A DNA stretch of 64,000 nt, taken from positions 4,303,354 through 4,367,353 of the forward strand of contig OZ199838.1 of assembly GCA_964304625.1 (NCBI GenBank), in the 5' to 3' direction. The notes beneath the pieces were generated by a model, which ran no database searches, was not told the DNA's origin, and worked only from the letters and a program-made list of their open reading frames with translations. The position numbers and the translations under genes were made by a program. Below are positions 13,918-26,200 of this stretch, one piece after another. Positions within the stretch are counted from its first letter, which is position 1. The number at the start of each line of letters is the position of its first letter. The stretch is from Kudoa neothunni. Lineage: Eukaryota > Animalia > Cnidaria.

Positions 13918-15624
13918 ATGGACCCAACGCATTCGTACAACTCTCGTAAAGCAGAGCGCGGAACGAATAACAAAAATCTGGAACTCGAACAAAAGATTCT
14001 TAGAACTCTTTCAAACAAATGCTACGGCCGACTGCAAAAGACTGAACGAACTGAACTGGTCACATTAATAAGCAAATTTTTTGATTCTCGAACTGAGGAA
14101 TTGACTAATAATGAAATTCAACAAATGATTCTATGTGCTAACAGTTTCGATTTTTTGAATAACATAAAAACAGCGAAGCTCAAAAACCTCCATAAATTCA
14201 GCCGACCTAAAATCTCTCTCACCAATACCAATCAACTGCTTCCGCTTTCACCCGCTCAGCATATGCGCTCGTTGGATAATTTAACTATGGCCAGACTGCG
14301 GGATGTTTGTGTTTCCCAATCAAATTACAATTTCAAATCCAAACATGCTAATTTCACTAGAGCAACTTCACTTTTAACAAGGTTATCTGTGAAAAGATTC
14401 ATTACTAGAACACCTTCTCCTAAAAATGGCGACGAAAAAAAATCAACGCTACACGACAAATCGACACAACAAAGTTTTGTTAATGTGAAGACTAATAACA
14501 CCTCTCAAGGTGATTTCAAGAATGTGGTTTTCTATCTTCCATCGATAGTACTTTCATCGTTCTGTATTACAAATAGGTTTTTATATTAATCGCATAAAAA
14601 ATAACTAATTTTTTTATTTTCGGCCAGTGAATGCACTCTAAATAAAGAAGCTATAGAAATACTTAACTTTAAGCCTACGGATAGCGGAATTTCGTTAGAG
14701 TTGGTTCTAAAATCAACCCCTTCTGTATTTGGTATTTAGACACAGATCTTAAATATTTTTTACGACAATTGTCAGATAAGCCTCCAAATGAGAAGCAATT
14801 CCCAATATTGAGCAATGTGAAAATAGTGTATTCATTCTCCGAATATTCCCATCCTACTGTGTTACCTTGTTTTGTCGTATATTTTTTGAGTTGAGTTAAT
14901 TATAAAAGTAGCTGTTCAACATATAGACTAGTTTGATTAACCAAAAAAGTTATGAACAAGACAAATCCATTAGTAATAATAGATTCTCTCTATTATACCC
15001 GTGGATAACGATAACATACTCTCGCCTCAAAAGGTTTGCCTTTGGATTCATCATGAATGTTATAGATTTCAATAAATAGACTTGAGAATATGCTGATTGG
15101 TTTCACTAATAAAGTAATTATTTCTGGAGCCAGAATTCTACCTTATATCTGAAATAGTTAAATTTGGATATTAATATTTTGGCCCATTCTGTGCTCTATT
15201 TGGAAAAATTAATATATTTGGTGAGAAATAATCACATCGTTACAAATAAAGTGTTAATTTTATTTTTTTAGTCATTTGTGAATAAATCCAACTCAATCAT
15301 TGTTGCAGGTATGTAGAAAACTGAATGAAGTTGATTCCTTTACTTTTTTTATTTTTTAGCGTGTTGCATGCTAATAGCTTTAAAACTGCATAAAGATTTG
15401 CCTCAACATAAACTTCCTAGTTTTACTCAAGTTATATTTAGTTTTGTCTGTTTATTTTATGGTTGTTTTAGAAAATCGTTGAAGAGCTTGATGTAGACCT
15501 GGACGACGTGTTGCCAATGGAGATGCCAATCTTAATCGCGCTGGAATTCAACCTTTTTCCACTTTGGGATGACTTGCGCCACTTCTACTTTAGTTTGTCT
15601 GAATATATTTATGTGAACCCATAA
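13918..15624 (+). CDS. CABLES: CABLES-like protein (Cdk5/Abl substrate, C-terminal cyclin-box fold)
   Basis: Spliced C-terminal exons read LAHSVLYLEKLIYL/SFVNKSNSIIVA/CCMLIALKLHKDL...KIVEELDVDLDDVLPMEMPILIALEFNLFPLWDDLRHFY, matching Cables VYFEKL...CVLLAAK...EFPVLVALEFAL. The N-terminal part is divergent and internal exon boundaries are approximate. Confidence 0.75.
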
Positions 15625-16888
15625 TGGTAATAATTTGTTATAAAATCCATTTTTATCATACACCAATTGTTACTATTATATTTTACTGCGTTATTTCAGA
15701 ATAAAAATTGATTTATAAATCACTCTGAGAAATATGATCATTGTTAGTTACAAGCTTATTTAATTTATAGATTTTCGGATTATCGTGTATTCAGTTTCAA
15801 TTTCTTGATTTTAGATTCGCATTGTTATTCGATTAAAAATTTGTATTCTAAAAAATAAACTCTGATTAAAGGAGTTTTTATAATTGTAAATCAAACATAA
15901 GTTAATATCATTATTAATTATAAATAAAGAATCTACAATTATTCTATATCTGTTATTATTACAAATTATATTACAGTGCAACCTCGGAGTTCGAACAAAT
16001 ATAGAAAGGGTATTCAGAACAAATCCAATTGGAGCAAAGACAGAATACAATAAATTCTGGAAGAAGAATCGCTCAATCAAAGTGTGCGACCGTCATCGAA
16101 AGAGAAACCTTTATTACCTATCGTATGATAATCAAAAAATATCTATTCTTTATTTAATATTTATTATAATATGTAATTTTTTTTATGTTTTATATTTTAA
16201 ACACAAGGTATGCATGTTTTTTATAAATAGGAATAAAAATAATCATTTATTTGACGACGATAACCGATTAACTCTTACGGGACGGAAGGGGTATTTTAGG
16301 AACCCCTATTATTTTATCTTTCAAAATTTCTATTTTACCTTTTTATTTTCTCTATAATTTTCAATGTAATCTTTTAATATCAAATAAAATCTAAACCAAC
16401 AAGCAATTTTTTTCTTGAGGTTATAAAATAATAGACTACATTTTAAAACCAAACCAATAGTATTTAGTAGGGTTGCACTGATATCACATTTTTTAAAACG
16501 AGTGCGAGTGCTCCAAATTCTAGTACTAGCCGATATCGATACCATGTTCTACGCATGCCCACACATTTTAATTTCAATTGTTTTAGACGTTTGTTGAACT
16601 CTAATGAGATTACGCCAAAATTTTTAGTTATCCAAACAAGGTTTTATTTCTATAAAATTTACTGATTTCACTTAATAAGGGAACCTAACTGATTGTATTA
16701 TCGGTCAGTAAAATATTAATTTTGTCAAATAATGTTTTGATATCCATTACATGTATAACTAGTTGATTTAGTAAGGTAAAACAAATATTTAGTTTGAGAT
16801 CGGTATTCTATTCATGAACACATCAAACCATGAGTAATATATTTTATCAGATAATAAAATTTTTCGCTTGCCATATTTTTATAAGATG

Positions 16889-17260
16889 TTAGCGCGAACT
16901 GCCCAGTGTTGCCTGGGGAAGATTTTTCATAGAGACGCTTCTTTATAACATTCAAAAAAATATTATGTTTCAAATTGATTTATAGATGCGGTCAAACTAA
17001 ATTTTTCTAAGCATCATATTTTGTCGATTTTGATTTCGAAATTTAAATCATGATGTTTGTGTGCAGGAATGTATCAAATCAATCCTGGTTTTGAATTAAC
17101 AATTTCTTGTCTTGGCACCAACGCTAAATAATTTAAGGTCATTGTCATATTTGTTTTCGTTCCGAATTATTGAAACTCTCTTAAAGTGCAATCTAATACG
17201 TTATTTTTTGGCCGGAGGATTTTTAAAGTCGAATTCTGGAATGGCACGGAAAATGTGTGC
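16889..17260 (-). mobile_element. Helitron remnant (3' end), same family as 46844-47990
   Basis: Reverse complement matches the 3' hairpin/CTAG end and the internal ACCTTAAATTATTT...TTGGTGCC segment of the 46.8-48.0 kb element. The far boundary is uncertain and may extend to ~18100. Confidence 0.65.
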
Positions 17261-18559
17261 ACTATTAACCTTTTAGGACACAAAAAAAATAGAAAAAGTA
17301 ATAGAGATGAAGAAAACACAGGACAATTAATTTTGATTGCTCAAATTAATATCTTTTGGCCTCGCATAAACTTTAATGCGCTCTTTTCAACAAACATCGA
17401 ATTATTTTGTTTCTTTCTTAGTTATTAATGCAAAAATTATTCATTATTACTATTTAGGTTATTTATTATTGATATATAACAATTTCACATAAACATCTCA
17501 TTTTTTACTATAATAAAAATACTTTGTTAACTTTTGAATATAGATATTAATGTAGTAAGATTTGTTTTAGTTTATAATTTTTTTTTATTAAATTTTCTAT
17601 CAGAAATTAAAAAATTATTCAGTTTGCATTATTAAAATCCAGGAACCCAATTTTTAAAAATGATTATATTAATCTTTTAACTTTGTAGTATGTGTAAAAC
17701 ATTAAAAAGATATTTCAAACCATATTTTTATTGTTTTCTAAGTTTTTTTTATGTGCCAAAATTTCTTAACAATTAATTCAACCCAAAATACGAATTGTGA
17801 ATATTTCAAGATATAATAAGCAATATGTATATCAAAGTTGTTATTTTTATCGGTACATATATAATTCATTTTAACTAATAATTTTATAGAAATAACAAAT
17901 TCTTCGTTGTTTATAACTAAATTTTTACGTTTATTTAATGCTATATTAAACACACATGTAAGAATTCAACCTAAAAAAATAATAACGTCCTATAATCTGT
18001 CGCAAGTTGTGCCCCCATTGAAATTAAATGTTGATCTAAAATATAATGTTAATTGATTATTGAAAAAACTCATCAGCTCCAAGAAAATTAAGAAAATATA
18101 TTTTGAGAGCACGTGGTTGTTTTCTCGCTTTTAAACTATTTATGCTTAAAACCTATAAAAACCTGTGTAATTAAATTTGATATTGTAAAATTTGTGTTTA
18201 TATAGTAAAGAAATATGAATAGAACCAATTTATGAATGATTATCAATACAAATTAGAGATCAATTCAATGTATCTCTGCTCTAGGTACTCTTTTATTTTA
18301 TTATAAACAATTATGAAAAAACTAGGAAGAAAAAATATTCGCAAGATGATGATTTCTAGGTGCCACACGCTCCACAATTATCGTTTTGTTTAAATTTATT
18401 TAAACTGACTAAGAAATGGTCTTCTTATCATTATAAAAAATGTCTTAAAATTTCTTAACGAAAGAAACATACGTTTTTCTGAAGGCGAAGGACGAAGTGC
18501 CACATTCATTTTCATAAAGATTTTTTAATTTAAAACAACTCGACTTCCGCAATTAACTA

Positions 18560-18994
18560 TATTACGTACGCACAAATGGATCCAAACCAGGCGGGAGACT
18601 TAATCCAATTATACCGATAAAATAAGAAGGGCGGGTGACTTGTGATGTTTCTTGTGAGCGACACTGTTTGCAAATAACGATGTATTCATATGTTTCGACC
18701 ATATTTATTGGTTATTATGGCATAAAACATTGTTTGGATGAAAAATAGGGGAATTGGTCGGTTGTACTCTCTTTTAGCTGGATTTTATTGTATTTGCAAT
18801 ATTGTCGTTTTATTTATTACAGGGGCTAAAACACTCTTCAATATTAATTACTATTAATATATATGTTCATGATAGTTTAAACTATGTAGACTTTGAGGAA
18901 TTTAAAGTTGGTTAAGGCTTATTTTTGCTGGAGTACGGCAGGTACCACCCCACGTCGGACGACGCGTATTTTTTTCGACGCAGTAATAGAAGGG
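18560..18994 (+). mobile_element. Probable piggyBac remnant (right terminus)
   Basis: Ends AGAAGGG|TTAA with a subterminal GACGCG..CGACG motif; degenerate Cys/His-rich coding trace upstream; left end not identified. Confidence 0.35.
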
Positions 18995-19410
18995 TTAAGT
19001 ACACAGGGAAATCCAGATTCACCAGATGTGCATGCAACCGTGTCATTCGGTTGTTAATAAAAGAAAAGGTGACACAATTATAAATTAACCGGTAATTCTA
19101 AAAACAAGCATCGCATACGCAAGATTTGATGTGCTTAATATTTCCGCCGAAGCATAATTGTACTAAAATATTTCAATGCTATTTCCATATCTATTCTAAT
19201 TAAATATCGACAATTATTTTTAAATTTCTAACTATTCGTAAACGATCGCACGTAGCTAAATTGAGTATAAAAGAAACGTGAATATTGCGATACCACACTA
19301 TCACAAAATTATCTAATTTATTTTCAAATGTAATATAATAAATACTGTTAACAATCACCTTAAAAATGTTTCACAAAACAGTTTTCTAAACTAAAATAAA
19401 TAACTCACAA

Positions 19411-19970
19411 CAGTAAACTCTCGATATTGCGTTACTTTTTGGGACCATGGAAAAGTTACACAATACCGAGACGCGCATATCAAATACCAATACAAATAAT
19501 AATTTTTTTATATATTCGTTCATTTTTTTTGATTTCCCAGTTTTTTGATTATTAGGTGAAATTAATGGTTTTAGGTATTGTAACGAAAGTTAACATATTC
19601 GCGATCAGCAGCAGAGAGATATGGCAACACCGCCTTTAAGCCATAGTTAGAGGGTTCGAACCCTACCCGCGATTATTCATTACATTGTTATGTTTGTTTA
19701 CTTTAAATTTTTCTTCAATATTTCTCTGAGAACGTATCATTTTCGGTTCTTATTGTAAAGTATTTTGAATTTTAAAAAGATTAGAACCAACAATTTACAT
19801 TACGCAATAACAACTTCAATTTTTCCTACTTTTCCAATTTTTTGCACCTTATATAAAATTGAACGTTTGAAAATAGATTGTTGTCTTCATATATTTATTA
19901 TTATTATTTTTTTTTCCTTATCATGATATATGCTAAAATCAGCGAATTACGCAATATCGAGAGTATACTG
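19411..19970. mobile_element. pogo/Tigger-type MITE
   Basis: TIRs CAGTAAACTCTCGATATTGCGT / ACGCAATATCGAGAGTATACTG, followed by TA. Confidence 0.8.
19598..19673 (+). pseudogene. Degenerate tRNA-derived sequence inside the MITE
   Basis: B-box/T-arm GGGTTCGAACCC, acceptor-like pairing TCGCG/CGCGA, internal stem TATGGC/GCCATA; D-arm and anticodon loop are non-canonical. Confidence 0.4.
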
Positions 19971-20129
19971 TATTCTAATATTTAGTTAAAAATTAAAACA
20001 AACACACTCAACTAGATTTCGTTACAGAAATATTTACAAATTCAATTCGTCCCGAGATTAAAATTGAACTTGCCGTAAGCCTTTTGTGTAAAGTATCGGC
20101 GCAAAAAAAATTCTCACGTATACTATAAA

Positions 20130-21476
20130 ATGCGCACGTCAAATAGCCGGCTTAAACTACCAATGGATGATGTGGGTCAGGGATTAATGTATATGATAAA
20201 GGAGAACTTTCCATCGTTTGGCTTTAGTGGATTGTTTCGTCATCGCAGCATGGTACGATTTATAGCATCAAGGTTGCCGTTCAGCCCAATTATTCGTCCA
20301 TTTTCGCAAGTAATTTCTAATAATAAACATTAGTTGTTATAAATCAAAAAATTTGATCTAGATTGACGGTGGAATAATTCTTCATGATATTAACAGCCTA
20401 AATTTTAAGCTGTGTGAAGGTTCAAGTGACGAATTTGGCTTGGATTTGTGTGGAAACGACCACAGTTTAAGTGACGGTGATTTGGAAAGTGATTGGGGTT
20501 CTAGTCAATTATTTGATTTGGCATCGCTGAAACTGCCAGAACCAAAACATATTTTAAGTCGCACATCTATGTGTGCTAGAGATGACGATTCAGAAAGTGC
20601 ATTTTTCTCCAGGGATGCCCGTGATTTCTGTCAACAAAGTGAATGTTCCCAAAGTGCTGATGAAAGAATTGAGATGTTGGAAGCTGAATTGAATCTTTTG
20701 AGGACTCAGCTTGAGTGTTTGGCATCGACTCGTAATTTCTTATATTTATATTTATTCTAGACTGTCTCTCGTCAATGTATATTCAATATTAATTCACATA
20801 CTTATAAATTTACATTAATTGTTGCGGTCTGATGGAATATTTACAGATTATTATCTAACTGATTGAAATTTTAGAGTCTAGTAACTCTAAAACAACACCG
20901 GAATTTTTCTTGGAAAATTCAAACAAAAACTCACTAATTCCGCCTCCGCCACCATTAGTATTACCCCTGTTGGTGGAATGTGAGCCTTCTTCCACCGCAA
21001 GTAACATATTTAATTTGGTTTCGATTGATATCCATTTGTTATGTAGCTCGTGATTTGCTAAGCGAAATTCGAACGGTTAAATTGAAACCTATTGATATGT
21101 ACGGTTATTATGTTCCCCCCAAAAACACTATCATTCATTTGTTAAACAATAGAGTGAGCACTCCAAACGCTAAAAGTTTAGTTGATTCCGGTTCAGAAAA
21201 GGACATTGGAGAATTTTTAACCGAATCCTTACAACAGAAATTTGGAGCATTTTCCCTATTAAATAATTCCGGTAATGATTTAGAAATAAACTTAGCACAT
21301 GAATAACAATGACTTAGAGTTACAAAGTGACTCCATGATTTCCTCTGTAGAGCCTTCATTCAACGTAATTAACAATTGAAGTCACTCGCCTAATTTAATC
21401 TAATCTATTGCATTCCGTTATTTGCGTCTAGGAATCAACTATTATCAAAGACCCGAATTCTACGACTAAATTATAA
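20130..21476 (+). CDS. MTFR1: Mitochondrial fission regulator (MTFR1/FAM54 family)
   Basis: HRSMVRFIASRLP (cf. RSIVRKIG), coiled coil ERIEMLEAELNLLRTQL, poly-proline PPPPP, DLLSEIRTVKLKP and FLTESLQQKF appear in the MTFR1 order. Start could be 20130 or 20164; last exons approximate. Confidence 0.8.
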
Positions 21477-21616
21477 TGCGCTGTTTGTATCAACTTGTTA
21501 TCAATATTTTCTTATTAATCTACCCAAAATTAATCCATGTGTTTATTTCGCGCATAAAAATAAAAAACAATAATTGGAACAAAAACACTATCGATTTAGT
21601 CTATTTGATATGGCTG

Positions 21617-22093
21617 TTAATTGTCAGATTCGATAGCAAACTTTCTCACGGGGAAATGAGCTTTTCGGACCAACTCTCTTCTAGTGACCAGTGACTTTTG
21701 GCGTTTTGTGAGTGCTTTTCTCATAGCTCTAGTTTGTTTCTTGCGCAAGTCGGTAGGCTTGTATTTCTTGTTGTGATAGAATTTGCGGAGATTTGCGGCT
21801 TGGTTTTGGTTGACAACTGTGAGCACTCTTGCAATAGATTTTCTAACCTCTCGTCTACACCACAAATATCACTACACACATACAGCTTTGGTTGAGTTAC
21901 ATTTGAGCAACTTTGTTAGGTGCAGCTCCAGTTACTTTGGTCACGCGTAGTGTAGCCAATTCTTTTTTATAGTCTTCCAACTCCTTCAAAAGTTCATCCT
22001 TTTTCTTCTCTCTAAGTTTTCTACAAGTAACACGGGCCTAAGTTAATTTTATTTGTATTAGGCCGCAAAAGCACAACCAATCCAACTCACCAT
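21617..22093 (-). CDS. RPL35: 60S ribosomal protein L35 (uL29), 3 exons
   Basis: ATG-only first exon, then ARVTCRKLREKKKDELLKELEDYKKELATLRVTKVTG, then VRKSIARVLTV...KKYKPTDLRKKQTRAMRKALT...FPVRKFAI. Confidence 0.97.
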
Positions 22094-22291
22094 TTCAGCT
22101 GTAGCGAAGGTAACACGCAGTCCGAAGTTACACGATGATGTCCGTTGAAGTTTAATAAGAACCGAATGCTCAATTATTGATTTAAGCATTCTTTCTATAA
22201 ATCATGCATAAATTTATATGAGATATGGATTAAGATAATAAAATTATTCGAAATTTTGAAAGTTGCGCGCGCACCAGAGAGTTAATAAATT
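22094..22291. promoter_or_regulatory. Bidirectional promoter between RPL35 and NEDD8
   Basis: Divergent ATGs only ~200 bp apart; contains the palindrome TGCGCGCGCA (22264-22273) and a repeated CGAAG(G/T)TA..ACG motif. Confidence 0.6.
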
Positions 22292-22779
22292 ATGTGGGTC
22301 AAGATAAAAACACTCACCAACCGGGAGGTTATTCTCCATACATTTAACTAAAATAGCTAACAATAATGTTTAAATTTAGATTGAAATCGACGTTGAACCT
22401 ACTGACCGTGTATGTTGGTTGTATTTGTAGTAGGATTGTTTGACTTTGGAAACGATTTTGATTAAGGTTGAACGTATCAAGGAAATTATTGAGGAAAGAG
22501 AGGGTATACCTCCAGTTCAACAAAGGTTTATCACTCCTAAATTGTGTATCCAACTTTAAATTTAATTCCTCTTAGGCTTATCTATTCCGGAAAGCAGCTG
22601 TAATTTGTTGATATATTTTGCTATGATACTACTATAAAAATGCGTTAATTTGGTATTCTAGTGTGGATAATAAATTGGTGAGCGAATGCCGAATCACTGC
22701 CGGATCCGTTTTACATATGGTTTTATCGCTGAGAGGTGGAACGAACAAAGTTGGGCCCACCTCTCGGCTGACTGTTTGA
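22292..22779 (+). CDS. NEDD8: NEDD8/Rub1 ubiquitin-like protein, 5 exons
   Basis: Spliced: [76 protein letters not shown] plus a 12-aa propeptide. Absent from the ORF track because the exons are tiny. Confidence 0.93.
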
Positions 22780-22787
22780 GTGAGTAA

Positions 22788-22808
22788 GTGACTGACTGAC
22801 TGACTGAT
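22788..22808 (+). repeat. (TGAC)n microsatellite in the NEDD8 3' UTR
   Basis: gtgactgactgactgactga. Confidence 0.8.
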
Positions 22809-22937
22809 TGTACAATAACCCAATAAACTAAATTATTCTTCGATTTCAACAATTAAAATATATATAAAAACAATTACAGCAAAAAAACAATGGTCTATTA
22901 TTTCTACACAAAATATGCAGTTGTTTTTTAACAATAA

Positions 22938-23786
22938 CTATTTGACCAATGGATCCTCTATGTTGAGTTCTCTAACATTGACCGCGTCTTCTATTTCGCG
23001 CTTTATTTCGTTCAATTTATCATGCAACACTTGCACGCCAGCTTTGAGAATATTCCTAGGAGTTAATTGGCCGATAGCTTCGATTGTGAAAATAAATTCG
23101 GTAGGTTCGCTTTGAGGTTCGTATGTATCTTCAAAGATATCGTTAGGAAGTCGAGAGTGTTCACTTTTGGGCCATTCCTGCGGGTCAGGGAACGTGGTGT
23201 GACGATATTTGTTATCGGGATCGTATTCAAATTGAACAATAGCCGGGCACCATTTTGAGTGTTCTTTGCCGAAACCTTTTTTTGCTAACGCAGACAACCG
23301 TAACTCTTGACCTCGTCTCAACTTACAAATTAATATATCACGATCTTCGTTTGAGGTGCCGCTGTAATAATCCCCACCATCTGCAATGGAGTCCATATTG
23401 GAATAGGGTAATGCGTCATGCTCCACCGGCTTCAAATCCGACGTGGTTACCAATTTAGTCTCCTCGTTATCACATTTTACATCAAGCACGTATTTGCGTG
23501 AACATTTGAGACAAACCTTATCATCCATACAGTCGCATTCACGCATGTAGCACAGATTCTTCACCTCATTGTCAGATATTATTGGAATCAGCCCTAGCCG
23601 ATGTGCTATAAATTCATCATGAAGCACAGATGTGTTGCTGTCTATTTGCACCGAATCTATCGCAACTGTAGGCACTTCTGCAATAAAAATTCGTCGCAAA
23701 CTGTTCGCAAATGAAAGACTGCAATTTTTCAGCAGAAATTTTATGCGACCAGCATCTTCTTCGATAACTTCGATAATCGGTCTCAT
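22938..23786 (-). CDS. POLR2C: RNA polymerase II subunit RPB3, intronless
   Basis: ANSLRRIFIAEVPTVAID...SVLHDEFIAHRLGLIP, zinc-binding cysteines, ILICKLRRGQEL...KKGFGKEHSKW. First in-frame ATG is at 23786 (the ORF track start at 23801 is TTG). Confidence 0.97.
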   Translation of the reverse strand: MRPIIEVIEEDAGRIKFLLKNCSLSFANSLRRIFIAEVPTVAIDSVQIDSNTSVLHDEFIAHRLGLIPIISDNEVKNLCYMRECDCMDDKVCLKCSRKYVLDVKCDNEETKLVTTSDLKPVEHDALPYSNMDSIADGGDYYSGTSNEDRDILICKLRRGQELRLSALAKKGFGKEHSKWCPAIVQFEYDPDNKYRHTTFPDPQEWPKSEHSRLPNDIFEDTYEPQSEPTEFIFTIEAIGQLTPRNILKAGVQVLHDKLNEIKREIEDAVNVRELNIEDPLVK

Positions 23787-23942
23787 CACAAATGGTTTCA
23801 AAAGAACGACCCGTCCCTATGAATGCGCGCGCATATATTGAATAACGAACTCATTAAGTTTAGTGATGTAAATGTTATAAAACTATCTCTTCAAATATTT
23901 ATTTCTGAAACATAAAGAAGTAATATTAGCAGTTATGGTGAA

Positions 23943-25400
23943 GGCATATATTTCGTACGGCGAAGTTTCGCCGGAATCTGCCAAATGCACATGCGCCGTA
24001 ATTTTTAGAAAACACGTACTTAATTTACATTTATAGCTATGGAACCAACCGTAAACTATGAAATTTATAATTTTTCAATCTATTGAAGTTTTCAATTATA
24101 TGTCCCCGCCAATGCTTCTAAATAAAATATATCAATATTTTTCATAATTTAGAATTATTGCTTTCAAATTTTCATATAATTCAGAGTTTGGGTCACAAAT
24201 TTGGAATAAAATGTCCTGTCCTACAATACTCTGATGTTCCTTCAGTTTTTGAATAAAAACGAGTATTCTAGAGTGGGATTGCTCGAAGCGTGAATAAAAA
24301 TGAAGATTAAAAATTTCCGCCGAATTTGAGGTGAGTTTAATATTGTTTAGGATTCGATCGTAAGCATTCCACGCTACTAATGGGTATTTTGAATGAAATT
24401 TTTTTGAAAGTATTCCATTAACAATTTTATGTTAGATTTCTCAAACTTTTTTGATTTTGTTTTTAGTTTCTCAAATTCATAAAGAATGGAATCAGGAAGG
24501 ACAAATGTAAGAGATGTCAGACATTTAACAAATAATTTGAAATCTTCGTCGGTTTCTACTCCCTCGAACAACCTAATTTTTGAACCTTACGATATATACA
24601 TTGACCTAAAGTGGAACAAACAAAAATGGACTGAATTCGACGAAAATTTTCTGAAATTTATCACTCATTAAAATATACATCAGTGGAAAAACTTTGTTGA
24701 AGACAGCCCCATGGATAGTGTACAATTGACAATATTCATTTGGAACAACATTAAATGTGCCATTCGCCATACAATAATCTGAATTCCTCAAATGGATTAA
24801 ATTTTTTTCTGTCGTGAAAATAATAATTCGGTGCTTGTCTTCTGATCCTGAGTCATATAAACAGAAGGACTCATTTCTGTTTGTTTTTAATTCATTGTAA
24901 CAGTCGGAAGTTTGGATAGTTTTGATATTTTGTCGCTTGCGAATATTTTGTATATTTTTATAAATCGACTTTTTAGAGCATATAGGAATATTATTTATAT
25001 TCTCTTCAGTTGAAGCAACGGAATAAACTCTGCTGGTTGGATGCACCGTATTTTCTGCTATGTATCTTATTTTTTGTTCGAAAATTTTCTTTTTCATATC
25101 CTCATCACCAATTATATGATTATGTATTCCAATTTCTGTGAGGGAATCAATGTCAACAGAGGGAGAAGTTCGCAATCTCTCTCTATACTTATTTGGAATC
25201 TCCAGTATTTGCATGGATTTTACTTTCACACAGATACATACAATAAGTCCACAAATTTCATTAAATTTTGTATTCGGATATATTATGCGTCATTGTTTAT
25301 GTATGGTTAGAATTTTAATAATTTCTAAGGAATTTATTGAGATGGATCTCATAGTTTTTATTTTTTTGTTCTAATACCAAAAATTATTTAAGTAAGTGAT
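23943..25400 (-). mobile_element. Mutator-like (MULE) transposase remnant
   Basis: ORF 24606-25229: HNH end of a FLYWCH-like domain, LYDSG..DKHRIIIFTT, MANGTFNVVP..QLYTIHG...FPLMYILM (MULE DDE region); downstream fragments LTFV...YFQKNF...WN.YDRIL. Frameshifted; boundaries approximate. Confidence 0.85.
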
Positions 25401-25792
25401 TAAAAATCTTTATTATACATTTAAAACAAACCCACTATATAATTAATTTACATAATAAGTTTATATAATAAACATTTAAAAAAAATTGGCGATATTAAAT
25501 AAATAACTAAAGTTAAACCTTTAGTTTCTAAATTTTCCTTGTGCATTGAGAATTTTTAAATTAAAAAAATATTAAAATTTCATGCGATTTGGATTTTATT
25601 GTTGTTAATAAATTATTTAACAATAAATTTAAATCTTTTTAATCTGTTTACTGAAGTGAACAAGGAGAACCAAAGGTTAAAATATTTATATGTACGAATG
25701 GATTATGCATTAAAACAAAATGAGATCCGTGCTAAGTCCATTAAACGAATTAGGGACCCGCAAGGAAGCGAGAATAAGAAACAATGTTAAAC

Positions 25793-25987
25793 CAGCGCTT
25801 CCCAACTAAAACTGGACCCGCACCCCCATTTTTTGACAAAACAAAATTCTCACCCCTTTGTGTACGATAGCGTGTAACTGACTTAAAATTTATCGAAAAT
25901 AATTTTCAATTTTGATCGGATCTCGCACCACCTGAGACCAAAATTCGCACCCCCTAAGGTGCGGGCATCCCCAGTTGGGAACCCCTG
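25793..25987. mobile_element. 195-bp hAT MITE
   Basis: TIRs CAGCGCTTCCCAAC / GTTGGGAACCCCTG; TSD tgttaaac/tgctaaac; internal CGCACCCC repeats. Confidence 0.85.
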
Positions 25988-26019
25988 TGCTAAACGATAT
26001 CTACGCTAGCGCCATTTAA

Positions 26020-26200
26020 GTTATTAATCCGAGCGACTCTTTCTCACAAGCTGTATAAAGGTCCAATTTTTTAGAATCTTCTATATTCAATAATTACTAA
26101 CCTCTAAGTGCGTAGCAGTAGAACAGAAATAATTATATGTGGTCGAAACTAGTAACGCTTTAATATTATTTACCATGAAAATAACGACTTTTTATATTAA
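26020..26200 (+). repeat. Dispersed repeat module (GACTCTT.CTCACAAGCTGT...GAAACTAGT)
   Basis: Related copies at ~35800, ~43630 (+) and ~42460, ~48030-48150 (-). Confidence 0.7.

Noticed and set aside
15060-15180. Possible U12 (AT-AC) intron in CABLES
   Set aside because: A normal GT-AG intron restores the reading frame.
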